Below are positions 11,611 to 25,090 of a stretch of 64,000 bases of DNA, one piece after another. Each line of letters starts with the position of its first letter. Position 1 is the stretch's first letter. A model generated the notes under the pieces. That model did not search any database. It had not been told where the DNA came from and worked only from the letters and a program-made list of their open reading frames with translations. Made by a program: the position numbers and the translations under genes. Origin of the DNA: Octopus vulgaris. Lineage: Eukaryota. The stretch covers positions 76,446,001-76,510,000 of the forward strand of contig OX597828.1 of NCBI GenBank assembly GCA_951406725.2, in the 5' to 3' direction.

Positions 11611-13303
11611 AAACTTGGCTGCTTTCCTCTATGTTTGCTTTATTGTTTAGTGATTCATTTCTGACGATTGAATTTGTAAAATCGGCCAACACTCATTCGG
11701 CACTTTGTTCGAGCGGTGTTTCGATGCATTGAATTGTCTGTGAAGGGAGGAAACATAACGGTCACCTCGCCGAGATTTGAATTCAAAGCGCAAAATGCTG
11801 GAGACCACGCCGACCGCCATTTTCAAGCCGACTCACAATATCACAACTATTAAACAATAACGATTTATAATCTAGGTTGAAGTATTTATTTTGCTAAGTA
11901 TAGTGTAAGAGGGTGTAATATAATCAAATATAAACGACTTCAATTTTTAAAAGACATTTAAGTGATTACATCTGGTAGGATGAAAGTTAAACTTAACCTA
12001 CATGTAATGTCAACTGAAATGCGAAATAAAATCCTCTAAATACCACAAATCATTAGAGCGGTCCTTTACGTTGCTGTGCCGCAGTACACTTATACCGTAT
12101 GGCATATAAGTGTGGCTCAAATTTTAGTAATAAGTAGGAAATTGCAGGATATTTAAAAAACCTTTTTAAAAGAGTGCTTGAGTGCAGGTGATGCACCAGA
12201 GCAATGCATAAACTGCGGTTTGAGGCAATATGCAATGTGTACCAAAGTCCTTGTTTGGAAACAATTCCCTCATTTGTTTTCCTTTTATCTACAATAAAAT
12301 ATTTAAAAGTTGTCGGTGTGCGACTTCATAGCAATGATAGATTCCAAGTACCGTGGTTTGAGGTGGATGGAAGTTCGCTGTCCGGGAAATCTGCTAATAT
12401 ACTAATTTGAAATGCTAATCACTTACTGATTACATGAATCAGGTAAATTTCAAATTAATCGATTATATAGGCTGTAGTAAATGAAGGGCCCATTTCTGGT
12501 CGATCGTAGTAGAATGAATTCATAATATAAAGGACCTATAACTTAATTACTTTAAAATAATTTTTTCCGGCACTTTACCGATTCTATAGATATATCGAGG
12601 TAGATATGATGGACAGAATTGATTAAATCTATATTAGTCCTTAACAAATAAAAGTTGTTAATCAAACTCTGAAGGAAAAGAAAAAAACAAAACACATTTA
12701 TATCCCCACCGATTTAAAATGGGGTCAGAAGATTAAAATGCTAAGAATGATGACTGGAAAGCCGACTCCATTCTGTTGATTTCCCTCCTCTCCAAGTATA
12801 TACAACCGTAATCATTTATTTAACCTGAGGGATATTTTCCTCCTAATTGATATTATAGAATTTCGGAGGGGCATTTTGGAATTCCCATCAGGAATTTTTT
12901 TCCATTTCGTTTTTGTTTTTCTCTCGATGAAATACATGTAATAGTTTTGCCTGATATATTTTTCCTAATGTTCCTTTTGAAGATGTTGATATTAAATTAA
13001 TATAAAGACATTAATGCCATACAATAAATTCTGTTCTACACAAGAGCTTCGTTTTCTTATTGTATGTAAAGGGAAATTGAAATGATGAACCAGAAGAAAA
13101 AAAAAAAGGGACAGAGGAAAAAAAGTGGGGTAAAGAAATAAGAAATAGTGGCCGAGACAAGTATTAAATAGTTATTTTTAACATCTGATGTGAGATTTAG
13201 TAATATAGATTTTATAATAGAGTCGGCCATTTAAATTATTCTGTTATCGGAATCATTCTGTCTCATTGAGCAAATATATTTAGATAAATCTAATATATTC
13301 TGT

Positions 13304-13320
13304 TTGCTAGATGGCGCTAG
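13304..13320 (+). promoter_or_regulatory. CTCF-like motif
   Basis: TTGCTAGATGGCGCTAG matches the core YAGRKGGCGC of the CTCF consensus, within AT-rich unique DNA. Motif match only. Confidence 0.35.
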
Positions 13321-13628
13321 GTTATTTTACTTTTTATTACGTATAGACACTCTTCAATTTAATCTCGGCTTCTCTCATACAACATACTTCTTTATGTTTC
13401 TTTCGTGTTTCTGTGTTGTAGTCACTCCATAATGCAGTTTTTCTAAGCCATTTCACCCACGTGTAAACAGCAATTTATTGCTGTTTCAAAGTCTATCTCC
13501 ATTACGTTTACTCCGAGCTTCGCAAACCTGATTTTACAGTCTTCTGTTGTTTTATAGAGACGTAGTTCAGACACAGCCATTGTGTGTTCGTCTGTGTGTA
13601 TGTGTAAATGTGTGTGTCTGTGCGTATT

Positions 13629-13683
<55 letters not shown>

Positions 13684-13863
13684 AATAATTGAAATACATA
13701 TCGCGTTAATTTAGTGACAATATTTCTCCGTCCAAGCGTTTGGCAAAGAGACCAATGGAAAGAGAGAAATATTGATAATATATATAAATATGTAAAAATT
13801 ATTTAAGCGAAATCACACGTGGAAAATAAATGTGTCGTTTGAAATAGATATAGAGCCGCCATA

Positions 13864-13895
<32 letters not shown>

Positions 13896-14909
13896 TACAC
13901 ACGCGCGCACACATACACGCGCGTGCGCACACACACATTGTGTGATAAACTTTGGAAAAAAAAGCGGAGAGTATATAGTTAGAGTGGATTCGTTTGTATT
14001 AAACAATATAACATTAGTTTTAGCTATGCTTCCATTACAGCAGAGCTTCGGCGTTGTGCATTAAGAAAATGGTTTGTTTTAGAATATTTATAGGTGTGCG
14101 TATCCATTTAAAAGATAAATAAAAGTGTGTGTAATATGCAGTAAAACCGATAAGAGAGGTAACTTGTGATTTTTATAAATTGGTACCTTCTTGTGTCTGT
14201 AGCTTACGCGTATACATTTAATTAGAGAGAAAAGGATGTAATTAAAGTGTAATGTAATTAATGTAGTGCAATTAAAGTGTAATGATATAATGAATATTAC
14301 ATGTTCTTAAGTGGATGAAGGTCTGCCAAAATTACAGAACGAAATCAAATTATTGGTAACAAAATAAGAAGGTTATAAAAAATGTAGAATGTAGCTACGA
14401 AACAGTAAACTAAGTTATACCTACAGTAATATATAATAAAGTGGTTATATGGCTGAGGGGAATTTATAGGTGACGTGTCTGTTAAAAACGACCCCTTTTT
14501 ACAGGAGAGGTGGGGTAGTCAGCGATTTGAGTTCAGGGTCAAACTGGCGCAATATTTCAGTGAATTGGAATGACTGAAACGCTGACCACGGCGAAATTTG
14601 GTCTGAAAACATCGAGATCTAAATAATCTTTGACTCAAGATATTTTGCAACACTTTCTGCTATTCAGATATTACTACTTGTCACGGATGTGCAAAGCCTG
14701 CTATTTCACATGCTTCGTCTCCATCTCTAGTTCCCCATGCCAACAGGCCATAAGTCGTCAGCATACAATTTTACACACATTTTAATATGTGTTTTTTTTT
14801 ATGTTCTAATAAAACAATTTCAAATTAAATTGAAGGGTTACCCAGTACATTTGGTAGACTAAAACTTCATTATTCTATAACAAGAATAGTATTGGCAGTG
14901 ACATCGAAG

Positions 14910-15339
14910 CAGCGCTAGATTAAAACATTAAGCAAAACAAGCACGTGCTTAAGGTATCAAGGGAAGGAGGGACACCACAGAAATAGCAACTGGTTTACGG
15001 CACAAAAGAAATCACTTTAAGCTTGCTAGAATAATATTCAGGATGCCTTTATCTCTATGAGGTATAGATGCAGATGTGTTACCTAAGATTAATTTTGAGG
15101 ATCTGATTAAACACTTTGCAAATCAAAAAAGTAGGAGGAAACTTTTCAAATCAAAATAAACTGGAAGGATACAAAACTAAACATTATTTTCCCTCTTTCA
15201 GTTTTGCTTCGTTTTGAAAAATTAAAAATTTATTTTATGGCTTGTTATTGTTTATATTTTGAATTAGATAATCTTTTATGGAGGCACCAAAATCTTTCAA
15301 GTGCTTAGGGCCTCGATCGGTCGTGTTAATGAGGCCCCA
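14910..15339 (+). mobile_element. Non-autonomous hAT deletion derivative
   Basis: Imperfect TIRs cagcgctagattaa / ttaatgaggcccca and 8-bp TSD CATCGAAG (14902) / CCTCGAAG (15340). Remnant of the transposase C-terminus: GIDADVLPKINFEDLIKHFANQKSRRKLF. Confidence 0.8.
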
Positions 15340-15849
15340 CCTCGAAGTGCCGGTCAGATGCAAAGTCACTGTGAGTCCTATTCTTTCAAAGAATAACAGA
15401 TATGTATGCATGGACGTATATCGTAGAGCAAGGAAAGACAGCGTGCAGTAATTATTTGCCGGCTTAGGGTAATATTAAAATGAAGGTCGAATATTATCAC
15501 TTGCTTGAATATTTGACTTCTGTATAAACGACAAACTCGATACCGTTAAAGACACACGGACGGACAGAATCAGGCGTAGCGTGAGCAGAAAACAACAAAT
15601 TCAGCTTAAAACACATATTTTAGACATGAAGTCGCTAAATAATAGCATGAACAACACAACATCCCGTCGCACATTTCAATGGATTTTAGCTGCACAATAT
15701 GCTTAAATAAGAAATAATTATATACTAATGGAGAACTTTTAAAAACCTCATCAATTATTATAATAATTACTAGTTCAAAGCAATCTGACGCCGACTCTAT
15801 TTGCTTTTTTCATTTGATACACGTACTGATGCATATTAATTCAACTTCA

Positions 15850-16223
15850 TATACGCACGCTTGCAAATATATACACACATATGGATTTATACACACAAAA
15901 ATGCACATACACACATATGTATGCACAAGTACCATAAATACATAGATATATATGCCTATACGAATATATAAATATATATTTATATTTATGTACATACAAA
16001 AATACGTATACATATGTAAGTGTTGTGAGTTTGTGTGTTTCTACATATTTAAGTGCTTATACACACATATATGTATATATATATATACATATACATATAT
16101 ATATATTTATGTAAGTGCGTGTATTTCAACATATGCGCATTCGGTAAAATATGTCTATACAAGTGCATACACATTATATATATATATATATACACATACA
16201 CATATATATATATGTATACACAC

Positions 16224-16263
<40 letters not shown>

Positions 16264-16267
16264 TATG

Positions 16268-16362
<95 letters not shown>

Positions 16363-16700
16363 ATATCTACATACACGCACATATATATACAGCGACACAC
16401 AGACACACATATAATACTGGAAATTAATATATTTTTGTATTCTGCTACAGCTACTTTAATATTCGTCAACTGTTTAGGTTTGTTTTGTACTTCTTTTTAC
16501 TTATATTCATAATGTCGATGTTATTTTGTTTCTTACAAACATACTATATTTAATAATACATTTAACGATATCCATATTCATTGACTCATCCTCCTCAATG
16601 TCTGTTACTCTTAATATCAATTTTTTGCCAGTGTCTCGCTCGCTCTCTCTCTCTCTCTCTCTCTGTCCCTCATTATATATATATAGGGTTGGGGTGTATG

Positions 16701-16735
<35 letters not shown>

Positions 16736-17029
16736 ATTGCTATCATTTAATCACTTGCACACATAAAGGAGCCTGCCTGGCGAGTAAAATATCACTTTCT
16801 CACCCTCATTGCCTTATCGGATCCTCCCGCCTCCCGCTCACTCTCTTCAGACTTGTCAATGGCGTATGTACGTATGTACGTATGTATGTATATATGTATG
16901 TATATATCTACAATATATATATATATATATATATACAATATATGAATATATGTTTATGAATATATATTTATATACACACATACAAACACACAATACGCAA
17001 TAATATACATATATTCATATAGTTAAATG

Positions 17030-17067
<38 letters not shown>

Positions 17068-17140
17068 GTATATATAGACAATAACGTACAAACACATATG
17101 TGCATGCATACACACACATACAAGCACACCATATACATAA
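15850..17140. repeat. (TA)n/(TACA)n/(TG)n microsatellite cluster
   Basis: Direct inspection. Confidence 0.9.
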
Positions 17141-18231
17141 ACTGATATTGCTTATAATAGATTTACAGTCATAATCTTCGCCAAATAATGTTTAGTATGA
17201 CTCTAGATACAGTCTGTCATTAGCCTACACAGTTCGCTTCAGTTTATTTTGTGCGCTTCAGTGTATTTTGATCCCACTTCCATTAAAACCTGGGTAGGAA
17301 TTGCATATTGTCTCTTAGATTCGGACTCACTCTTTTCATCCCTATTTCATTGCTATTTTATCATGTCAATCCAGCCCCTATTTATCCCGTAAGAGTGTTT
17401 CACATCAAATTCATCAACGCAGTTAGATACAGCGATGAATAAACTGTAGGGACGACGCACTTAGTTATGCAATGCAATTATCATATGCTACATTATATAT
17501 TAAAAGTTTCATAAGTCAATGCTGTGTTCTGCTGTGTTAGCAGTGCTGTTACACCACTTGGCACGGTTATCGCTACAGATTCTTCTACAAAAATCAGTGT
17601 CGACTACAATTTCTATAGAAAATCTGTAGTGTTACCCTTAAGAAGTAAGTTACTACATTATATCAAACAAACCTATAATGAGGTTTTTCATTCTCTCACC
17701 TAATTTTCTTACTATCTGTTGAGGAGCGTATGCTCGAAATGTATCAGACATTTTCATTTTCCCGAGCGTCAAACTAATACACTTGCTTGTTCATACACCT
17801 GTCTTCGTCTTTTGCTTTTCTATGAATTTCAAACCTGTAATTCGCATTATTCTAAAAGAGAAACTTTCTTTGTTGCACTGCAAAGACACTCAGAAACTTG
17901 TAAGAGAAAATCAGAGAGAATAACTTCTACATTGGCTAACGTTTCATCAGTACTTGTTAAGTGTTGTTTTCATTGTTAAAGTTCTAATCCTTGTATACAT
18001 GTTCCACAAAATACCCACTGCTTTCGACGTGTCATCAACGCTGTGCAACAGGTATTTGAGGACAATTATCAGTTCTTTCTCTTCAACTAGTTTCAGCCAC
18101 CTTGGAGAACTTTTAGTCAATCGAATCGACACCATGACTTATATGCTTTTAAGCCTGGTATTTATTCTATCGGTGCTTATGGTTGAACTGCTATGTTACG
18201 AGAAGATGAATACACCAACACTGTTTGTCAA

Positions 18232-18440
18232 GCAGTGGGATAGCGGCCAAACGCGCGCGCGCACACACATATTTATATATGCGATTGGCTTCTTTCTGTT
18301 TCCATCCACCAAATCCACTCTCAAGGGTTTGATAGGTCCGAGGCTAGAATAGAAGACACTTGTCCAAGGTGCCACGCAGTGGGAGTGAACCTGCAATCAT
18401 GTAGACGAGAAGATCACTTCTTACAACACAGTCATGCCTT
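18232..18440 (-). mobile_element. SINE family 2, 5' part
   Basis: ccaaatccactc...gaagacacttgtccaaggtgccacgcagtggga matches 22800-22920. Confidence 0.8.
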
Positions 18441-18457
18441 CACTAATAATACAGAAG

Positions 18458-18497
<40 letters not shown>

Positions 18498-18555
18498 CAT
18501 ATATAATATATATTTATATATATTTATATATATATATATACATTTATATATATAA

Positions 18556-18588
<33 letters not shown>

Positions 18589-18949
18589 AACACATATATA
18601 ATAAATGGCAAAACGAATTTCTGTGTGTCAGTGTGTCACGCTCTCTCACTATTCAATGACATTTCCACTCCTCTTGCTGGGGTGATAGTAATAGTATGAG
18701 CTGTAGCTGTGTTAGAGGTGGAAGCGACGGTGATGATAGTGGTGATGGTAGTTGTGGTGGCAGCTATGCACGACGGCGATAGTAAGGGAAGTAAAAGTAT
18801 ACATATATATATAAACACACATCCATATGTGACTATAAAGAAGTACTACCCGAACCCTCGCTCGTATATTCTCAACATTCAAGAGACAGCTATTTCTCTG
18901 TTTCACATTTTCTTGTAATTTCAGAAAATATTCCGCATGAACACTTCCC

Positions 18950-20872
18950 ATCTCTTCTCTCCCTTTCACTTTTCTATGTCTTTCTCCCTCTCTCCCTTTC
19001 ACTTTTCTATGTCTTTCTCCCTCTCTCCCTCTCACTTTTCTATGTCTTTCTCCCTCTCTCCCTCTCACTTTTCTATGTCTTTCTCCCTCTCTCCCTCTCA
19101 CTTTTCTATGTCTTTCTCCCTCTCTCCCTCTCACTTTTCTATGTCTTTCTCCCTCTCTCCCTCTCACTTTTCTATGTCTTTCTCCCTCTCTCCCTCTCAC
19201 TTTTCTATGTCTTTCTCCCTCTCTCCCTCTCACTTTTCTATGTCTTTCTCCCTCTCTCCCTCTCACTTTTCTATGTCTTTCTCCCTCTCTCCCTCTCACT
19301 TTTCTATGTCTTTCTCCCTCTCTCCCTCTCACTTTTCTATGTCTTTCTCCCTCTCTCCCTCTCACTTTTCTATGTCTTTCTCCCTCTCTCCCTCTCACTT
19401 TTCTATGTCTTTCTCCCTCTCTCCCTCTCACTTTTCTATGTCTTTCTCCCTCTCTCCCTTTCACTTTTCTATGTCTTTCTCCCTCTCTCCCTCTCACTTT
19501 TCTATGTCTTTCTCCCTCTCTCCCTTTCACTTTTCTATGTCTTTCTCCCTCTCTCCCTCTCACTTTTCTATGTCTTTCTCCCTCTCTCCCTCTCACTTTC
19601 TATGTCTTTCTCCCTCTCTCCCTCTGACTTTTCTATGTCTTTCTCCCTCTCTCCCTTTCACTTTTCTATGTCTTTCTCCCTCTCTCCCTTTCACTTTTCT
19701 ATGTCTTTCTCCCTCTCTCCCTTTCACTTTTCTATGTCTTTCTCCCTCTCTCCCTTTCACTTTTCTATGTTTTTCTCCCTCTCTCCCTTTCACTTTTCTA
19801 TGTCTTTCTCCCTCTCTCCCTTTCACTTTTCTATGTCTTTCTCCCTCTCTCCCTCTCACTTTTCTATGTCTTTCTCCCTCTCTCCCTCTCACTTTCTATG
19901 TCTTTCTCCCTCTCTCCCTCTCACTTTTCTATGTCTTTCTCCCTCTCTCCCTTTCACTTTTCTATGTCTTTCTCCCTCTCTCCCTCTCACTTTTCTATGT
20001 CTTTCTCCCTCTCTCCCTCTCACTTTCTATGTCTTTCTCCCTCTCTCCCTCTCACTTTTCTATGTCTTTCTCCCTCTCTCCCTTTCACTTTTCTATGTCT
20101 TTCTCCCTCTCTCCCTTTCACTTTTCTATGTCTTTCTCCCTCTCTCCCTTTCACTTGTCTATGTCTTTCTCCCTCTCTCCCTTTCACTTTTCTATGTCTT
20201 TCTCCCTCTCTCCCTCTCACTTTTCTATTTCTTTCTCCCTCTCTCCCTCTCACTTTTCTATGTCTTTCTCCCTCTCTCCCTTTCACTTTTCTATGTCTTT
20301 CTCCCTCTCTCCCTCTCACTTTTCTATGTCTTTCTCCCTCTCTCCCTCTCACTTTTCTATGTCTTTCTCCCTCTCTCCCTTTCACTTTTCTATGTCTTTC
20401 TCCCTCTCTCCCTCTCACTTTTCTATGTCTTTCTCCCTCTCTCCCTCTCACTTTTCTATGTCTTTCTCCCTCTCTCCCTCTCACTTTTCTATGTCTTTCT
20501 CCCTCTCTCCCTTTCACTTTTCTATGTCTTTCTCCCTCTCTCCCTTTCACTTTTCTATGTCTTTCTCCCTCTCTCCCTCTCACTTTTCTATGTCTTTCTC
20601 CCTCTCTCCCTCTCACTTTTCTATGTCTTTCTCCCTCTCTCCCTCTCACTTTTCTATGTCTTTCTCCCTCTCTCCCTTTCACTTTTCTATATCTTTCTCC
20701 CTCTCTCCCTCTCACTTTTCTATGTCTTTCTCCCTCTCTCCCTCTCACTTTTCTATGTCTTTCTCCCTCTCTCCCTCTCACTTTTCTATGTCTTTCTCCC
20801 TCTCTCCCTTTCACTTTGCTATGTCTTTCTCCCTCTCTCCCTCTCACTTTTCTATGTCTTTCTCCCTCTCTT
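18950..20872. repeat. 33-bp polypyrimidine/polypurine minisatellite, about 58 units
   Basis: Unit ctctctccctYtcacttttctatgtctttctcc, highly homogeneous, with three 32-bp units near 19595, 19890 and 20020. Confidence 0.97.
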
Positions 20873-22544
20873 TATTTCCGTTTTCTTCATCTCTTTTTTT
20901 CCTCCTCTCTTTCTGTTTTTGTCTTACTTTCACTCCCACTCCTTGATCATTCAATCTATTTCCATCCCCAAACACCCACCCTCTTTGTTTCTCTTACTTT
21001 TTCTCGTCCCCATCCATTACTACTGTTCCCCCCCCCCCCCCCGTCGGCACCATATAGCTATGACACTATTGTTTCATAATATTCATAACATCAGTGAAAT
21101 ATTCAACGTCAACCTTCTCTGATTAATATTTTCTCTGGTGAATTTTAATTCCCAAACCAAGCCAAGAGACACAGCGCAATATAACGACATGTATATACCT
21201 CGACTACGCTTCGTCTAATGTATTTCTCATCATACAGACGTGGAGGCTGAGACAGAAATCCAACTCAGAATCTGGTTACAATTCTCGAGGTAAGAACACA
21301 AACCAGACAGCGCAGACGATCTATAAACATTAAGACATGCAATGATTTTCATCTTATTGTTCTTGGTATTGCTGTTGTCGTTGTTTAGTATCAGATCAAT
21401 ACTGATAAAGAAGATCTATGATGATCTTGTGGTTGCCATCCCATGTTTATAGATTCATGTTTTCGCTTGCTTTATGCAATGTTACCATTTTAAGATGATA
21501 GATCGTGGTTTCAGCCCCATTTAACTGTTGTTTTTGCCAGATCAAGCATCGAAAGGCCCAGTTAGACTGGTCAGTCTTTCGCCTTTCAACCTGTCTGAAC
21601 GCTCTTTTTTGATACTCGTAATTTAAACGACAGCGGTTTACAATTTTTTAGATGTTTTTCTTTTAATATTTTACACGATTTAATGTTGTGTTTGTCATTC
21701 TTCTGATAGGCCTCCTTCTTCCTTTCGTTATTCTTCAGACAATTTATCGCCTTATCCCTCTACGACCGCCTCGACCCCGTCCTTTAGGGTACTATTTTTG
21801 ATTAAGAGAAATGTGAAATTTTATTTGCCTGGAATCAAGAAACGAGATGAAATGCATCCATCTCCAAGACTGTCTCCCTCCAAGCCACAGTCTCCCTCCA
21901 TTTCTTCTTCTCATTCCTCGTTTATTATCACCGGGAGAAATGCTTCCTGTCTTATCTAAGACGGAGTACACATATAATTTCGTCATTTCCAAAGAATTGA
22001 TTTATTTTGCTCCAAGGACAGCAATATTCTGTGGTAGGTCGTCGTCGTCGTTGATAGGGGTTTCATTCTTTGCTGGTTTTTGGAAAGAGAACAACTTTAT
22101 TTTACTATCGCACGTGCGGCAATTTGGTGCCCTGATCTGTTTCACTGATTCACTGCTCCTCCTCTTCCATTCACTGGTAAGTAAATTTATGTGCCTCCGT
22201 GCCTGTGTGTGAAATAATTCTTAAACCTGTTTTAAAATCACAGTTTACCTTCGAATAAAACGTGTAATGTTTCCTACGTCATAGAAAGCGGGTAACTTTA
22301 AATTTGTGGTTGATTCCTGTAACTTTCGTGAACTTCAAAGTTCAGGCGATTACATTCCAGCTTCCTTGACCCAGGTCAGTCGCAATCGATCAAAACAAGT
22401 GAACCTTCTGAAAACGTTCATCCAGTCATATAATCATTAATAATGTAAAAGTAGATGTGTCCTTCCACTTTCAAGATATTAGTGTAGGAAATTTTCTTGT
22501 TATTTCTAGTAGTTCACATTACCAGCTAAAAAAAACCTTTTTAG

Positions 22545-22956
22545 CTCTTTACTCGCTTTACCCTTTTACTTGCTTCAATTATTTGACTGTGGCCATGCTG
22601 GAGCACCGCCTTTAATCGAGCAAATCAACCTCAGGACTTATTCTTTGTAAGGCTAGTACTTATTTTATCGGTCCCTTTTGCCGAACCGGTAAGTTACAGG
22701 GACGTAAACACACCACCATCGGTTGTCAAGTGATGTTGGGGGGACAAACACAAACACATAAACACACACACACACATAAATATATACATATACATATATA
22801 CGACGGGCTTCTTTCAGTTTCCGTCTACCAAATCCACTCATAAGGCTTTGGTCGGCTCCAGGCTATAGTAGAAGATACTTGCCTAAGGTGCCACTCAGTG
22901 GGAATGAACCCAGAACCATGTGGTTGGGAAGCAAGCTACTTACCACACAGCCATCC
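22545..22956 (-). mobile_element. SINE family 2, full length (tRNA head plus CORE-like segment)
   Basis: Minus strand: A box tggctgtgtggtaag, B-box-like gggttcattccc, CORE-like caccttaggcaagt, internal (TA/TG)n and tail ...gtaaaagggtaaagcgagtaaagag. More than five relatives in the window. Confidence 0.9.
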
Positions 22957-24859
22957 CAGATCATTTCCAGCAAAACTATCATCAAGTAGATTCCGGCCGT
23001 GACTGTTCCATCTTTCCACGCCTTCTGAGAAGATAAAGATATCTTACCGTATGGATATTCCTGTTTTGAAAAGTTGGTGTATCTTTTATAGGCTAGGTGT
23101 TATTTCCAGGAAATCTCGTGACTGATAACATGGAGGCTCCATCGTCGCCCAATAATTCTCATGCTGGTTGGCATGTGACATATGAACGTTTTATGAAGTT
23201 TAATTCAATCAAACACAGAATAGTGAAATTCTAATTAATCTCTTAACTAACAAGACGGAGATATTAACACTGTTAATCTGTCACAGATCATCTCAAACGA
23301 AACATATTAAACGCGAAACAGATTCCCACACTTATTATAAATTCTACATTGGTCGAGTGCATCGAAGACATAATAAAATGTCAAGAAATCTTTGTGTTAT
23401 AATATAAAGGATCTCAGGCCTTTGGTAATAGATTTGGGAGCTCAAACGAAATAGCATCTATGTGATTGGCCAGCTTGCTAGAAATAACAACTAAATCTCT
23501 ATCGGGTCAAGTCTTTGAGATTTGTGACACACGTCCTCCATTTCTCCTCTCAAAAGTAGAAGAACTGAAGAAAAATAGTTAATAGTAGTTGCCGCCCAGC
23601 ACTTCCTTTCGAAACTGCAGAAAATAAATACTAATAACGAAGGAAAAAAGTGTTTATTTGTCTGTGTGCGTTTTGTTGTGTGTGCGTGCGCATGTGCGTG
23701 CGCATGTGCGTGCGTGTATGTGTGTGGTTTAGTCGTTCGTTTAATTAAAATATACACACGCACTGGTACAAAAACTTCACATTGTTACCTCTTTTATTAT
23801 TAATACCTAGCTTAAAAGCCGCACTTTTGCGGACTGTTGCGCTGGCTCCCGCGGAGAGCTAACTGAGCCAGCGATTCAAAGCTAACGAGGGCAACTTAAG
23901 AGAGTTATAGTAATGAAGCATTTATTGGTACCCTACCAATGTGGTATTACTTTAAATTCAGTCTAAATGAAAAACTTGCAAGTCCACAAATATTTGAAGT
24001 TCTCTTAAAATTTGAATTTTCAACTGTTAGCATATAACAAATGCTCATCCAGGCCTGAACCCAATGCTCGATGTTCAAGCACCAAATAAAGGGCAGATTT
24101 TTATTTCCGGGATCATCCTCATTCCAAGAAGTTATACTATGTCTATGTAGACTAAATGCAGGCTGAGATTCAGGGGGCCGGCTGACAGACAGAATTTCGC
24201 TTTTATTAATATAGATGCTGTTGTAATGTCCATAGAAAGTAATCTCTATACGTTGCATTATGTGTATGAACGTTATAAAGCGATCTCCGTCACGCGGCTG
24301 ACGCTACTTCGTTGTACTTTCAGAGACAATACTTAAAGCATGTTTCGTAACGTTATCCGTTTCCACAGAGTTGTGCCATGGAAGAACCGTAGCAATACAT
24401 CGTTGAGACGTTTTTGTGAATTACCAGATTTCCTCAAAACGATACTCCCACGATTGAAATAGTGTTGCTTCGGTAGGAGTATAAGATCTAAATGAACCGA
24501 TAGGTATAGACCTACGTAGTCACAATCTAATAAGAAATACCAGCTAACTTTTTGATCTTTCGAAAAACCTGTTGAATTATAAACGAAATACATAGAAGAA
24601 ACGAGATATTAGAGATACAAAAAAATTCGGAATGATCGCAGGTACACCGCACTGGAACACTGATAGGCTGAATCATAGCCGGAGATAAAAGAAAGAAAAA
24701 ATGACTACCGCTATTCCTTCTATCGTCATCAGCGCCACAACAACCATTACTGCAATACTATTACTACCACTGTTTCACTCTTTACATTCAGTCGGGAGAG
24801 GCGGCCATGCTGGGGCACCATTAATACTGCTGACACAACCAGCTCTACTACAGTTATTT

Positions 24860-24864
24860 CTGCA

Positions 24865-24948
<84 letters not shown>

Positions 24949-25090
24949 GCTACTGCTGCTGCTGCTGCTGCAACTACTACTATTACTACTATTACCACTG
25001 CTGCTGCTGCTACAACTGCTGCTGCTACTACTACTACTACTACTACTATTGCTATTGCAGTGGCAGCTTCTACGATTACTACTACTCCTA
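24860..25090. repeat. (CTA)n/(CTG)n microsatellite
   Basis: Direct inspection. Confidence 0.95.

Noticed and set aside
17700-18200. Possible hAT/Charlie transposase remnant on the minus strand (also 25990-26480)
   Set aside because: Only vague similarity by eye, with no TIR or TSD found.
18712-21122. Long repetitive ORFs (up to 669 aa)
   Set aside because: They are products of a 33-bp minisatellite; 32-bp units shift frames freely, showing no coding constraint.
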